A stretch of 64,000 bases of DNA from a virus (Duplodnaviria > Heunggongvirae > Uroviricota > Caudoviricetes). How positions within the stretch are numbered: position 1 is the first letter of the stretch; every line of letters begins with the position of its first letter. The notes under the pieces were generated by a model, which did not search any database, was not told the DNA's origin, and saw only the letters and a program-made list of their open reading frames with translations. Positions 22,753 to 33,097 of this stretch are shown here, in pieces. The stretch covers positions 1 through 64,000 of IMG/VR virus record IMGVR_UViG_3300010347_002503; one strand, given 5' to 3'. The position numbers and the translations under genes were made by a program.

Positions 22753-22947
22753 ATGAACTTAAATACAACGGTTTTCGTGATTATTTTTTTATTGACGATT
22801 ATCTTTTTGGCACCACTCGCTTTGATTTGGGCATTTAATACCCTCTTTTCTTTTTCCATTGCTTTTACAGGAAAAACTTGGCTGGCAGCTTTAGTCCTCC
22901 TGATGGCTACAGGAGGAATTAAAGTATCTCTCTCAGCCAAAAATTAG
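22753..22947 (+). CDS. small membrane protein
   Basis: 64 aa with two hydrophobic helices. Confidence 0.4.
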   Translation: MNLNTTVFVIIFLLTIIFLAPLALIWAFNTLFSFSIAFTGKTWLAALVLLMATGGIKVSLSAKN

Positions 22948-22963
22948 AGTAAACCAATCCCAT

Positions 22964-23248
22964 ATGGGAAGAAAAAAACAAAAAACCAATGAAGCCGCCC
23001 CTGTTTCTCCACAGGGGACTACGGTCAAACCGGAGAACCCAGAATCCAAAGAATCTCGCTATGTCGTCGTTCGTGACGGATATAGAGTATCATCTAACGA
23101 GTATTCTGATCCAAACGACCAACAAGCAATTGCCGAGTTAGAGTTCTGGAAACTGGTAGAAAAAAACCATTCATGGGGAGCACCAGTGCTCATCGTGAAG
23201 TATGATAATAAACTCCACCGAGTTTGGGACTATGGGACTGAACGATAA
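22964..23248 (+). CDS. hypothetical protein
   Basis: 94-aa ORF. Confidence 0.45.
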   Translation: MGRKKQKTNEAAPVSPQGTTVKPENPESKESRYVVVRDGYRVSSNEYSDPNDQQAIAELEFWKLVEKNHSWGAPVLIVKYDNKLHRVWDYGTER

Positions 23249-23471
23249 ACTCAAAGCGGCGGCTACGCCAGTGGCCATTGATAAACTGCTCCTTGAGTCC
23301 GTTGAACTAAAGGACGCATCACCAAAAACAAAACGACGTTGGAAATATGTTGCTGCACGCCGTTTGAAAGAACTACAACAGATTCAAGAAGCAAAAGCTG
23401 CTTCCGACAAGAAAGCTGAGAATGCTGAAAAAAGCAATCGGTCAAACAAGGGAAAAAAGCAAAAGAAATAA
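23202..23471 (+). CDS. hypothetical protein (Lys-rich C-terminus)
   Basis: 89-aa ORF followed by a strong terminator. Confidence 0.45.
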   Translation: MIINSTEFGTMGLNDKLKAAATPVAIDKLLLESVELKDASPKTKRRWKYVAARRLKELQQIQEAKAASDKKAENAEKSNRSNKGKKQKK

Positions 23472-23490
23472 TTACATAACTATTTCACAT

Positions 23491-23530
23491 AACGCAGTCT
23501 TCTGAAAAGGAGGCTGCGTTTTTTTGTTGT
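23491..23530 (+). terminator. rho-independent terminator
   Basis: ACGCAGTCTTC...GGAGGCTGCGT stem followed by TTTTTTTGTTGTT. Confidence 0.65.
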
Positions 23531-23567
23531 TATATTCGACAACAAGCTATTTATGAAGTAGAACTTT

Positions 23568-23927
23568 ATGGCGATCCGTATAAAAAAATCAGGCCAAGAA
23601 AATCAGCCGTATGTTCTACCTGCTGATAATAAAGAGTTACAGGCTTTTGTTGACAAGTACAAGGTTGACATGACGGAACAAGTGGTATCTTCTATTGAAT
23701 TCGCCATCAACCATAAACTTCCAATCATTGAGGTGTTTCAGTTCAAAGACTCAAAGTTCGTTGTCACCGTTTGTCCGAAAGAGTTTGATATCAACCTTGA
23801 GGCAATTTACAAGTACTATCTGGAAACCGAACAGTATGAACTGTGCGGACGGGTAGCCAAGTTGCGGAATAAACTCAAAGCACAACTGAATGAAAAAAAG
23901 AAAAAAACTCCTACTAGAACAAAATGA
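23568..23927 (+). CDS. hypothetical protein
   Basis: 119-aa ORF. Confidence 0.5.
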   Translation: MAIRIKKSGQENQPYVLPADNKELQAFVDKYKVDMTEQVVSSIEFAINHKLPIIEVFQFKDSKFVVTVCPKEFDINLEAIYKYYLETEQYELCGRVAKLRNKLKAQLNEKKKKTPTRTK

Positions 23928-24648
23928 AAATCCACAGCCCAACCCTCCATATGACAAGAGTCCAATCATACCTCAACGAGAAAAACTACGTATTAATCTT
24001 GACATATTTCAACGCCAACTAACTCCTAAACAGCAATCATTCCTAGACTTAGCTCTAGACAAACAATCTAAACTCATTTTTGTCTCCGGACCAGCCGGAA
24101 CGGCAAAAACGTATCTGTCTGTACAGGCGGCTCTCACAATGATTAGTAATAAACGTGTCAGTGATTTGATTTACGTTCGAAGTGTAGTCGAAAGTGCCGA
24201 AACCAAAATGGGATTCTTACCGGGAGAAGTCGTAGATAAACTGGCCCCGTTTTTGGCCCCTATGATGGAAAAAGTCGAAGAACTTCTTCCCAAAAATCAG
24301 GTTGATTTACTCAAAAAAGAAGAGCGAATTTCGGGATTTCCAGTGGGGCATCTCAGGGGTAGAAACTGGAATGCCAAAGTTATTATTGGTGATGAGGCTC
24401 AAAATATGACAGAAAAAGAGCTTATCACTTTAATAACCAGAACTGGCGAATTTGCCAAAGTATTCATCATTGGAGACCCAGAACAGTCGGACATAAACGG
24501 AAAAAGTGGTTTTATAAAAATGATTTCTCGCTTCGATGATGAGGAGGCCAGAGAGAACGGAATTCACGTTTTTCGGTTTGACGATGATGACATCGTTCGT
24601 AGCGGTTTGGTGAGATTTATCTCAAAACGATTAAAAAAGGTTGTTTGA
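23890..24648 (+). CDS. phoH: PhoH-like ATPase
   Basis: Walker A GPAGTAKTYL and PhoH signature IIGDPEQSD. Confidence 0.85.
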   Translation: MKKRKKLLLEQNENPQPNPPYDKSPIIPQREKLRINLDIFQRQLTPKQQSFLDLALDKQSKLIFVSGPAGTAKTYLSVQAALTMISNKRVSDLIYVRSVVESAETKMGFLPGEVVDKLAPFLAPMMEKVEELLPKNQVDLLKKEERISGFPVGHLRGRNWNAKVIIGDEAQNMTEKELITLITRTGEFAKVFIIGDPEQSDINGKSGFIKMISRFDDEEARENGIHVFRFDDDDIVRSGLVRFISKRLKKVV

Positions 24649-24684
24649 CCGATATGTATAGGGTGTCACTCTACGTAGAAATAT

Positions 24685-25806
24685 ATGGCCAATAGACGTG
24701 TATCTGAACTCAATGAACTTCTGTCAACGCAAGTTGCCGCATCTGACTTGTTTTTGATTACAGACGTTAGTAACGTTGAGTCTAAGAAAATTAAAGCGTC
24801 CGAGTTACGAACGTTTGCACTGAACGGAACGTCAAGTTATACTTTAGCTTGCCTTACTTCCAGTTATGCTCTCTTTGCTCTCTCGGCATCATGGGCACCC
24901 GGTGCAGTATCCGCATCATATGCTCTTTCAGCTTCCTATGCTGATTGGGCCAAGACGGCTTCTTACGTTATATCAGCATCGTATGCATTATCGTCTTCTT
25001 ATGCATTCCGTTCATTTTGGTCTGAAACGGCTTCATATGCTTTAACTTCCTCTGTGCAATTGGTTATTTCCAGTGGTCTTGCAAACTATGCTGATACAGC
25101 TTCGTATTTGCTCTATGTACCCGGAAGAAACAACGGCACTGCTTCCCATGCCATGTCGGCATCAAGAGCCTTTGTTTCCAATACAGCAGACTTTTTGAAT
25201 TATGTTGCCGGAACCCCCAACGGTACCGCATCATATTCCATGACGGCTTCATTAGCCAGAACGGCGTCATTTTTGAGATATAACGGTTCTTTCAATGGAA
25301 CGGCGTCATATTCCATCCGATCCGACACTTGTCGAATGGCCGATTCCGCATCCACTGCGGATAGAACAGGTAACGCATTTCTGTTTAGAGAGTTTCCAAT
25401 CGTAACATCAAGTCTAGTCAACGACCAAACCGCTTCTTTCGGATGGATGCAATTTTCAGCATCTAATGGACCAGTTAAAGTTTCCATGGAAGCATGGGGA
25501 GATGTTCAAATCCCAATTAACGATTACTACGATTCCAGTGGCTCAATTCAACTTCATATGGATGGAACTGCTGGCCTTTATAACCTTGACAGATCAACGC
25601 TCAGAGGGTATTACACGGGCTCAAATACTCAAGGAACGGGATCAATAATCTGTCCATTTATTTTGAAGAGTCAATTTACAGTTATCCCGATTCCTCAAAG
25701 ATTTTCGGGATCTGTTAGGGCCTATAATGGAATTAGAATTTATACTGGAAGTCGTCAAGTACAAGCAATAGTTCGAGCGACAACCGATATTTTTGTGGAC
25801 GAATAA
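24685..25806 (+). CDS. tail-fibre-like protein with SASYA-type repeats
   Basis: Repeated SASYALSASYA/TASYV units; N-terminus MANRRVSELNELLS shared with the next gene. Confidence 0.55.
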   Translation: MANRRVSELNELLSTQVAASDLFLITDVSNVESKKIKASELRTFALNGTSSYTLACLTSSYALFALSASWAPGAVSASYALSASYADWAKTASYVISASYALSSSYAFRSFWSETASYALTSSVQLVISSGLANYADTASYLLYVPGRNNGTASHAMSASRAFVSNTADFLNYVAGTPNGTASYSMTASLARTASFLRYNGSFNGTASYSIRSDTCRMADSASTADRTGNAFLFREFPIVTSSLVNDQTASFGWMQFSASNGPVKVSMEAWGDVQIPINDYYDSSGSIQLHMDGTAGLYNLDRSTLRGYYTGSNTQGTGSIICPFILKSQFTVIPIPQRFSGSVRAYNGIRIYTGSRQVQAIVRATTDIFVDE

Positions 25807-25816
25807 GGAATAACAA

Positions 25817-27502
25817 ATGGCCTCAGTAAAAATCAGTGAACTCAATGTGCTATCCTCGATAACGAGTGATGATTTTATTCCTATCGTTGATAGTGGCTCA
25901 GGTACAACTTATCGTGTTACGTTCAATGTATTAAACAATTGGATGGCGGTGTCGGCTTCGTGTCTTTCTGCTTCGTATGCTCTATCTGCCTCATACGCTA
26001 CGACAGCTTCATATTCTAACTCATCAAGTTATTCTTTGTATGCGGTTTCGTCGAGTTATGCTACAACTGCTTCCTACTATGATATCAGTGGATATAGTCC
26101 TACGAATTCCGAATCTTCTTCTTATTCGGAAACCGCTAGTTGCTTGCATGGAGTAGGAACTTCGTGGGAACAAAGTCTTCAAATTAGTTCATCGTTGAAA
26201 GTTTCTGCAAGTGCATATATTGACTTACCCAGAAGACCAGCCGGAAGTGCATTCAAACAAAGTGCTATTCATTTCAATTCTGAATATGGAGTTGCTCCCG
26301 CCATAACCAATGATTTTGTTCAGATGTATTTCGAAGAAGAAACTTTGGATGCGGGTAGGTTGGTTTTTGAACATGGAGATAATATCGATCCGTTACTTCC
26401 CAGTGGTCCTAACCTCGATTTCCAAAATTCAAATAGTCCCGGTTTCACTTGGAGAACCAAATCTGGGGAAGTTACTGGAAGTCTGATGTTTCTCAAAACA
26501 GATGGGCGACTTTATGTTCGTTCAGTTGAAGCAAGAGATTTCACTTCCAGTTTAGATATTGGTTTGGGTTTTCAAGGAACAGCAAGTTATGCTCTAAATG
26601 CCGGAACCGCTTCGGTTCTTGTTGGAAACATTCCATCAACATCAATGCCTTGGACTGTTCAAGGATTGAGAGTATTTGCCAACTGGGCACCAATGTACGA
26701 CACCAATGATGACAAGTACCGAATCACAGTCCAAGCCCGTAGAATTGTTGTTCACAACGCAGTAGGAAATACACTTGAAATTTCCGGAGTGAACGCAACA
26801 AACAATCGAACCGTTTCGGGAATCGGAGGACTTCTTCTTGCTGGAGATGACGAATTCAAAGAAACAAAATGGTATGATATCTTTTTGATCTATCGCTCAG
26901 ATACACAACAAACTTCAACCGTCATCATGAAATCGGGCGATAGCGGTGATCAACTTTCTTTCGCAACCGATGTGTATCCCGAACTTGTTGATGAGGAGCT
27001 TTCAGAATGGGATTATGGTGTTAAAGTTGGAACAATCAAGTCGAATTCTGCGGGTGCATGGACACAGTGGTTTACTTATGGGGCACGTATGATGTTAACT
27101 TTCCAAGCCGCCCACCCAAAGGAACCCGGTGTTGGTGCTGGAACGGGCACTGATAATAAGGGGTTTGAAATCACTCATGGGCTTGGTATTCTTCCATCCG
27201 ATGTTAGAGTAGCAGTTATTCGACAAAAAAGTAATATAGCTAATGAGTGGCAAAATCACGGTTGGAATTTAGGAGATCAGTTCTTCCAAGAATGCAGCAT
27301 AAGTAGCCATACGGTTACTTTGGGAAATCCACCAATTGTGGAAAGACCAATTTGGTTCGTAAAGTGTACAACCACCACCGTTGAAATCGGTCATACTGAA
27401 CATGAAGGTGGTTATATAGTGGTAGATAAAAATGGAACCTTTTTTGACGCCGATCAGAGTCAAAAGGATTTAATGGTGATTGTTCGAATGTGGTTCGATT
27501 AA
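25817..27502 (+). CDS. tail-fibre-like protein with SASYA-type repeats (paralog)
   Basis: MASVKISELNVLSS N-terminus; SASYALSASYATTASYS repeats. Confidence 0.55.
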   Translation: MASVKISELNVLSSITSDDFIPIVDSGSGTTYRVTFNVLNNWMAVSASCLSASYALSASYATTASYSNSSSYSLYAVSSSYATTASYYDISGYSPTNSESSSYSETASCLHGVGTSWEQSLQISSSLKVSASAYIDLPRRPAGSAFKQSAIHFNSEYGVAPAITNDFVQMYFEEETLDAGRLVFEHGDNIDPLLPSGPNLDFQNSNSPGFTWRTKSGEVTGSLMFLKTDGRLYVRSVEARDFTSSLDIGLGFQGTASYALNAGTASVLVGNIPSTSMPWTVQGLRVFANWAPMYDTNDDKYRITVQARRIVVHNAVGNTLEISGVNATNNRTVSGIGGLLLAGDDEFKETKWYDIFLIYRSDTQQTSTVIMKSGDSGDQLSFATDVYPELVDEELSEWDYGVKVGTIKSNSAGAWTQWFTYGARMMLTFQAAHPKEPGVGAGTGTDNKGFEITHGLGILPSDVRVAVIRQKSNIANEWQNHGWNLGDQFFQECSISSHTVTLGNPPIVERPIWFVKCTTTTVEIGHTEHEGGYIVVDKNGTFFDADQSQKDLMVIVRMWFD

Positions 27503-27508
27503 AAAAAG

Positions 27509-27535
27509 TTGATTTTTTTTCTTGAATGATATATT
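27509..27535 (+). promoter_or_regulatory. putative promoter TTGATT-N15-TATATT
   Basis: Upstream of the Hsp20 gene. Confidence 0.25.
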
Positions 27536-27637
27536 TATTTGGCGATGATACAGATGTATCATCGTGGTAATGCCTCTTGTGAGGGTTACCGAACTTAACA
27601 GACAATAATTGTTGTTAAACAGAAAGGAAAATAGTGT

Positions 27638-28126
27638 ATGAATAGTCTAGTTCGTTATCAACGTCCGTCCTTCCCTTCATTCTTTGACCCAGACTTCTTC
27701 GGTCCTACCGATGCATTACTGGACAGAGTATTATCACAAGTATTTCCTGAATTCACGACGGTATTCGGCACGAAAGCATTTGAATCTGCTGCGTACCCAA
27801 AAGTAGATATTCGGGAAACAGAAAAGGAATTCATCATTGAAGCCGAGATTCCCGGTCTTTCCAAAGATCAGGTAAGAGTCGAAGTCAAGGATGATATTCT
27901 AGTTATCAAAGGAGAAAAGCGTTCCGAAGACAAGAAAGAAGGAAAGTACCATGTTCAGGAAATTAAACGTTCTTCGTTTGTACGGTCTTACACCCTTCCA
28001 CCCGACCTAGTAGATAAAAATACGGTAGAGGCGAAATTCCAAGATGGTGTTCTGGAAGTGAAGGTTCAAAAAGTAAAACCAACCCCGCCTCCAAAACCCG
28101 ATGTCAAGGTAATCGACATCAAATAA
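27638..28126 (+). CDS. small heat-shock protein (Hsp20/alpha-crystallin)
   Basis: Alpha-crystallin domain architecture (beta-strand-rich core with an A-x-F..GVL.V motif), similar to cyanophage Hsp20. Confidence 0.75.
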   Translation: MNSLVRYQRPSFPSFFDPDFFGPTDALLDRVLSQVFPEFTTVFGTKAFESAAYPKVDIRETEKEFIIEAEIPGLSKDQVRVEVKDDILVIKGEKRSEDKKEGKYHVQEIKRSSFVRSYTLPPDLVDKNTVEAKFQDGVLEVKVQKVKPTPPPKPDVKVIDIK

Positions 28127-28147
28127 AGACATACGTAGTTACGTTCA

Positions 28148-28176
28148 ACCCCGTCGAAAGACGGGGTTTTTTTATT
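28148..28176 (+). terminator. rho-independent terminator
   Basis: ACCCCGTC-GAAA-GACGGGGT followed by TTTTTTTATT. Confidence 0.7.
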
Positions 28177-28199
28177 GTACGGTATGATATTTATAAATT

Positions 28200-29225
28200 A
28201 TGAAAGATAAATTACTTGACCGTATTATTCGATTTGATGTATTGCTTGGAACTGTGGCTTTATTGATTGCTATCGTAGCTGCTTTTTTTAGCGTATATGG
28301 TATTGCAACCTTGTTTGCGGGTGCATTCGTTTCAACTGTAGTTATGGGAACCTCCCTTGAAATCGGAAAATTGGTTGCCGTAACTTATCTCTATAGATAT
28401 TGGAAAAAAACTAAAGCATGGCTTTCTTTATATCTTTCTCTGGCATTGGTAGTTCTGATGATTATAACATCCTTGGGTATATTTGGATACCTTTCCTCCG
28501 CATATCAAAAATCTTCAACGGCCTATAAAGCTCAACAAGATCAAATCGTTTTGATAGAAAAAACCAAAACTTACGCCAAAAATAAGATTGATCAAGCTCA
28601 ATTACGCATCGTTGCCCTCAATGAACTTCGAAAAGCACAAGAAGCTCGCATGTCTGAGGCGATGACAAATGCATTTATTTCACGTAATGCCATTTCTCTT
28701 AAACAGTTACAAGATCAAACCGCAGAAATGATTAAAGCCACCGAAGCTGATGTAAAAGCCGAACAAGCTAAAATCGACGCCGGAATCCAAGAAATCTCAG
28801 ATATCGATAAGAAAGTATCAGAAATGAAATTCGGTGAGAACAACAAAGACATTCGAACATTTGAATTTGTCGCTAAATTGTTCGGAACAGATTTAGATAC
28901 TGTTGCCAAATGGTTCATTTTTGCCCTTATCGTTGTTTTTGACCCCCTTGCAATTGCATTAATCCTTGCTTACAACGTGGTAGTTTATAAAAAACCGGAA
29001 GAGGTAATTAACGTCCCAAAAGCAGAAAAGGTAGAATTAGTTAACTCGATTCCAGAATCCGTCGTTGTAAAAAAGGTGGGAAAACCTAAAGCATTCAAAT
29101 TTCCTTTTCAGAAGATTCCAAAAACTAAACCAGTGGAGGAGAAACCCACCCCAGTTCCAGTTTCCCCAACACTTCCGTCTGCACCGGTTGATGACTTTAC
29201 TCAAAGATATTTCAAACAATATTGA
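28200..29225 (+). CDS. membrane protein with a long coiled-coil
   Basis: Four N-terminal TM helices, a heptad-rich middle and a Pro-rich C-terminus. Confidence 0.5.
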   Translation: MKDKLLDRIIRFDVLLGTVALLIAIVAAFFSVYGIATLFAGAFVSTVVMGTSLEIGKLVAVTYLYRYWKKTKAWLSLYLSLALVVLMIITSLGIFGYLSSAYQKSSTAYKAQQDQIVLIEKTKTYAKNKIDQAQLRIVALNELRKAQEARMSEAMTNAFISRNAISLKQLQDQTAEMIKATEADVKAEQAKIDAGIQEISDIDKKVSEMKFGENNKDIRTFEFVAKLFGTDLDTVAKWFIFALIVVFDPLAIALILAYNVVVYKKPEEVINVPKAEKVELVNSIPESVVVKKVGKPKAFKFPFQKIPKTKPVEEKPTPVPVSPTLPSAPVDDFTQRYFKQY

Positions 29226-29234
29226 AATTTTTGC

Positions 29235-29263
29235 TTGACTTTGTTTGAAACATTTGATATGGT
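29235..29263 (+). promoter_or_regulatory. sigma70-like promoter TTGACT-N17-TATGGT
   Basis: TTGACTTTGTTTGAAACATTTGATATGGT. Confidence 0.35.
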
Positions 29264-29296
29264 TAATGCGTCTTAAAATGAAGAAAAAGTTAGTTT

Positions 29297-29500
29297 TTGA
29301 AAAAAAAGGTTATATATATGAGCGATTCGACTAGAAGTAAAATTGTTCGAAATAATATGGATCAAACTGATATTGCATATGTAATCGAATTGCTCACAGA
29401 CGCATTACGAGACCAAGAATGGGAAACAGTAATTGAAGCCAAGCTTTTCTTACAAGAATATCTTGATGACGACGGTGGCTCCATTGAACTGGAAGAGTGA
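29297..29500 (+). CDS. acidic small protein
   Basis: 67-aa ORF. Confidence 0.4.
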   Translation: MKKKVIYMSDSTRSKIVRNNMDQTDIAYVIELLTDALRDQEWETVIEAKLFLQEYLDDDGGSIELEE

Positions 29501-29503
29501 TTT

Positions 29504-29773
29504 ATGTGGTTAACTATTTTGTTGGGATTTGTCATTGTTCTTCTTTTGACTGTGATTGGGTTTTTGACCAAAGCCTTATCGATTCAGGTTAGGAAGAATG
29601 AAATATACACACAATGGATTATTGAACTTCAAAATAAAGTCGAAGAGGTTCAGCAAAACATGATTCGTTTGGATGAGAAACAGATGTTCTCGAAAGACGA
29701 TGAAGTAGGGACAATTTTTCAACAGATGGTTGACTTGATTGCTTCTCTTAACGAGAAGACAACCAGAGAATAA
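29504..29773 (+). CDS. small TM plus coiled-coil protein
   Basis: 89 aa; N-terminal TM helix. Confidence 0.45.
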   Translation: MWLTILLGFVIVLLLTVIGFLTKALSIQVRKNEIYTQWIIELQNKVEEVQQNMIRLDEKQMFSKDDEVGTIFQQMVDLIASLNEKTTRE

Positions 29774-29776
29774 ATT

Positions 29777-30649
29777 ATGCTGAAAAAGAAAAGAATGTCC
29801 CATAAGAAGTCTGTACCCGAAAAGAAAAAGAAACAAGTTATAAAGAAGACAAAGACTCCAGTCGCCAAAGAAGTTCCTTGTACGCCGCCAGAAGTTAAAA
29901 AGAAAACTGGCACACGCAAACCAGCAGCCTCTCGAATGTATTGGACCGATGAAACAGAACAAGCTGTTATTCGTTATAATTCCACAACAGATAGCGAATT
30001 GAGAGAAAAGATTTATCGGGAACTTCTGGAGTTTCCTTTCCATAAACTCATTGAGAACGTTTTTAACCGTTTTGGTTTTACCTATTTCAGAACGGAGCCC
30101 AAAAAAGTACAAGAAGAAGCACTGGCTCATTTGGTATCAAATATAGGAAAATTTGACCCCAATCGTCCTAGTAAAGTTCATCGAAAAAAGAAAAGTAAAG
30201 CCTTCGCTTATTTTTCTGTCATTGCCAAGAACTGGTTTATTCTTCTCAACAATACCACCTACAAAGATTTTCAAACACATAGTCCCATCAGTGAAGAGAG
30301 AAGTGAAGATACCGTACAACTTCAAACGGTTGATAAACATTACGCACAAGCAGAACTCGATGAGTTCATGAAGTTAACCCTCGATTTTTGGGAAGCCAAT
30401 GTGAAGAAAATCTTTTCCAAGCAACGAGACTTGGAAATAGCGTATGCCGTCATGGAACTTCTAAGGAGCGCAAAGCGTATTGATGCCTTCAACAAAAAAG
30501 CACTCTACCTTTATATTAGAAACATGTCAGACTGCAAAACGCAACAGATAACCAAAGTGATTAATAAGATGCGCCAGTATCACAAAACAATTTACCGTTC
30601 CTACCTGAACGAGGGAAATATTTCAACTTCCACTCTTCATTTGTCCTAA
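29777..30649 (+). CDS. basic DNA-binding protein, possibly a late transcription factor (gp55-like sigma?)
   Basis: Lys-rich N-terminus; weak resemblance to the T4 gp55 core. Confidence 0.3.
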   Translation: MLKKKRMSHKKSVPEKKKKQVIKKTKTPVAKEVPCTPPEVKKKTGTRKPAASRMYWTDETEQAVIRYNSTTDSELREKIYRELLEFPFHKLIENVFNRFGFTYFRTEPKKVQEEALAHLVSNIGKFDPNRPSKVHRKKKSKAFAYFSVIAKNWFILLNNTTYKDFQTHSPISEERSEDTVQLQTVDKHYAQAELDEFMKLTLDFWEANVKKIFSKQRDLEIAYAVMELLRSAKRIDAFNKKALYLYIRNMSDCKTQQITKVINKMRQYHKTIYRSYLNEGNISTSTLHLS

Positions 30650-30714
30650 GAAGTTTTTATAACTTGAGACGAAAAGACACCCCAAAACGGGAGTGTTCTT
30701 CTATTTATTTGCGT

Positions 30715-31095
30715 ATGGACAATGAATTCGAAATATTCGAAGGTAAAAGTTTTAAGAACCTCTGTAAAGACATTTACGAGCGGTCTGAACATAAACACGA
30801 GCAGTTAGATCTATTGATTTCTGAACTAAGACCACTAGTAAAGAGTATCGATGACGCCCGTGAAGTGGTTCCGTTGATTCAAGGTTATTTTGAAATTGGG
30901 GTTAGAAATGACGAGCAACTCGTCAAACTTGCACAAGTTGTTCAACGGTTGCAAGCAGCCAAGATTGAAGGAGGGACTGGCGTAATTCTATCTGAGGCCG
31001 AAAAAGAACAACTTTGGAAAGAAGTAAAAGAAGTAGCTGCCGAAGTTCAGGCTCCCATACCCGATGCTCACGACATTCTTCTAAAGGAAAAATAA
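30715..31095 (+). CDS. hypothetical protein
   Basis: ATG preceded by CTATTTATTTG; the long ORF begins at TTG 30664. Confidence 0.45.
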   Translation: MDNEFEIFEGKSFKNLCKDIYERSEHKHEQLDLLISELRPLVKSIDDAREVVPLIQGYFEIGVRNDEQLVKLAQVVQRLQAAKIEGGTGVILSEAEKEQLWKEVKEVAAEVQAPIPDAHDILLKEK

Positions 31096-31098
31096 GAT

Positions 31099-32577
31099 AT
31101 GGCATACTGGAAAAACAAATCTCAAGGTAGCTCTAAAAGTGACAGCTTTGGTCTTGGATCTTCCATTTCTGCTGGAGGTGGAGGGGAATTTTATGAAATA
31201 GAACCAGCGATTGTGTTGGATGTTATTTTAGATAAAGACCATCCGTTTCTAAAACTGTCCAAGAATATTGAAACTGTAATTGATGCAGACCGATGGCCAG
31301 ATGATGTTCAAAAGAAAAAGGCCAATCCTACCGATATCGATTATTCGTGGGTTGGAAGAGCCTTGGTTAGAATGCAATTTTCCGATTCGACCACCGATAA
31401 AGAAAAACTTGTATGGGCGTATCCTTTGGATTCTGGTATTTCTGAATATCCAGTGCTAAATGAGATAGTGATGGTGATTACATATCGAAACAAACATTTT
31501 TATAGTCGCCGTCTAAACCTTCGCAACCTCCCAAACGAAAGTGTCGATTTTTCCATTAATAAAACAATTAGCGGTAAAGAAAACACAGAACTTTACACCA
31601 CGACGCCATATACCGGAAGGAGTTCAAAGACAAACCACGATGGTTCACTTGGGTACAAGGGTGTAGCTGGTAAGTATTACAAAATAAACAATAGGATTCG
31701 ACGGATCAAACGATATGAAGGAGACTTAGTAATTGAAAGTCGTTTCGGGCAATCTATTAGGTTTGGTGCGTATGATTCGAACAGGGACAACGATAAAGGA
31801 GATCCGAAAAACACGGATTACGCAGATTTCGGCGGCAATCCAATGATTATCATTCGAAATCGTCAACGAAAACTTCTCAAAAAAGGAGAGGCCCTTAAAC
31901 TCACAAATAGTCCCAATCCAGCTACTATTTTAGGAACAGAGGAAGAAAAAAATGCAGGTGGATATATCGAACCAGACATCAACCACGATGGTTCCACAAT
32001 TGCCATTACGACGGGACAAACGATTAGCAAGTGGGTGACGACTTGTTACAAGAAGATGTTTGGGGTCGGCGAGGAGGTTCCTGCATTCAATGGAACAACT
32101 TCGTTTACATATCCTGTTTTGAAAGGAGACCAAATTATCATTCAATCCGATAGATTGGTTCTGTCTTCCCGATATGCTGAAACATTCCATTATTCCAAGA
32201 AACGTTATGCTATTGTTACCGATTCCGAATATACCGTTGATGCTCATGATCAAATCGTAATGACAACTCACAATAAAACCGTTTTTAACTCCCCTGCTAT
32301 CTATCTTGGGGAATATGATACTACAGGAGAACCAGTATTACTTGGTCAAACAACGGTTGCGTGGTTGTATGCTCTATGTAATTGGCTTCTTGAGCACACC
32401 CATTGGTATAAACATTCTCATGTGGATGCTGGAAAAGAATCACCGTCACAAACTCAATTACCAGTTCAAATTGAAAAACTAAAACAACTTCGGGATTCCC
32501 TCCATACACTTTTGAGCCGCAGGGTTTTTGTGGTTGGTGGTGGATATGCACCGGGATCCGATGGAGCAAAGATTTAA
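31099..32577 (+). CDS. baseplate hub/spike-like structural protein
   Basis: 492 aa at the head of the baseplate module; Gly-rich C-terminus. Confidence 0.4.
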   Translation: MAYWKNKSQGSSKSDSFGLGSSISAGGGGEFYEIEPAIVLDVILDKDHPFLKLSKNIETVIDADRWPDDVQKKKANPTDIDYSWVGRALVRMQFSDSTTDKEKLVWAYPLDSGISEYPVLNEIVMVITYRNKHFYSRRLNLRNLPNESVDFSINKTISGKENTELYTTTPYTGRSSKTNHDGSLGYKGVAGKYYKINNRIRRIKRYEGDLVIESRFGQSIRFGAYDSNRDNDKGDPKNTDYADFGGNPMIIIRNRQRKLLKKGEALKLTNSPNPATILGTEEEKNAGGYIEPDINHDGSTIAITTGQTISKWVTTCYKKMFGVGEEVPAFNGTTSFTYPVLKGDQIIIQSDRLVLSSRYAETFHYSKKRYAIVTDSEYTVDAHDQIVMTTHNKTVFNSPAIYLGEYDTTGEPVLLGQTTVAWLYALCNWLLEHTHWYKHSHVDAGKESPSQTQLPVQIEKLKQLRDSLHTLLSRRVFVVGGGYAPGSDGAKI

Positions 32578-32578
32578 T

Positions 32579-33097
32579 ATGGCTTTACCTTCATTATCAC
32601 CAACTCCAAGTCTTCCTTCGTTGAGTTTACCAAAACCTCCAGCAGCTAACGTTAAAACTCCGAAGTTGAAGGCTCCAATCAAAATCAATGTCAAAACCGG
32701 AACGGGTACTCCCGGTGGATTTTCAGGTGCATCAACCAAAAAACCATCTACAGAATCGGCTAAACTTTCGGCGGCGGCAGGAACGGTTGCTGGTCAAATA
32801 GCTACTATTGCATCATTGGCAACCAATCCATTAGCGGCTGTGGCGTTGGCTCCTATTAAAGCAAAACTATCCTCACTTGCGGCTGGTTATAAAAAGAAAG
32901 CAGCGGATGTTACTAAATCGGCAAACGATTATTCGAGACCAGCAAAGGTTCCAAAACTTCCCTCGGCACCAAAAATTGATGTTCCAAAACTGGATATTCC
33001 GAAGTTGCCTGCAACACCACAAGTCTCTGTACCATCAATTCCATCTGTTCCTTCGGCACCTTCGGCATCGTCTTTGCCATCACTTCCAAAGGTGTAA
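32579..33097 (+). CDS. Pro-rich repeat protein (PKLPSAPKIDVPKLDIPKLP)
   Basis: ATG 32579 overlaps the upstream stop; P/K/L periodic repeats. Confidence 0.45.
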   Translation: MALPSLSPTPSLPSLSLPKPPAANVKTPKLKAPIKINVKTGTGTPGGFSGASTKKPSTESAKLSAAAGTVAGQIATIASLATNPLAAVALAPIKAKLSSLAAGYKKKAADVTKSANDYSRPAKVPKLPSAPKIDVPKLDIPKLPATPQVSVPSIPSVPSAPSASSLPSLPKV

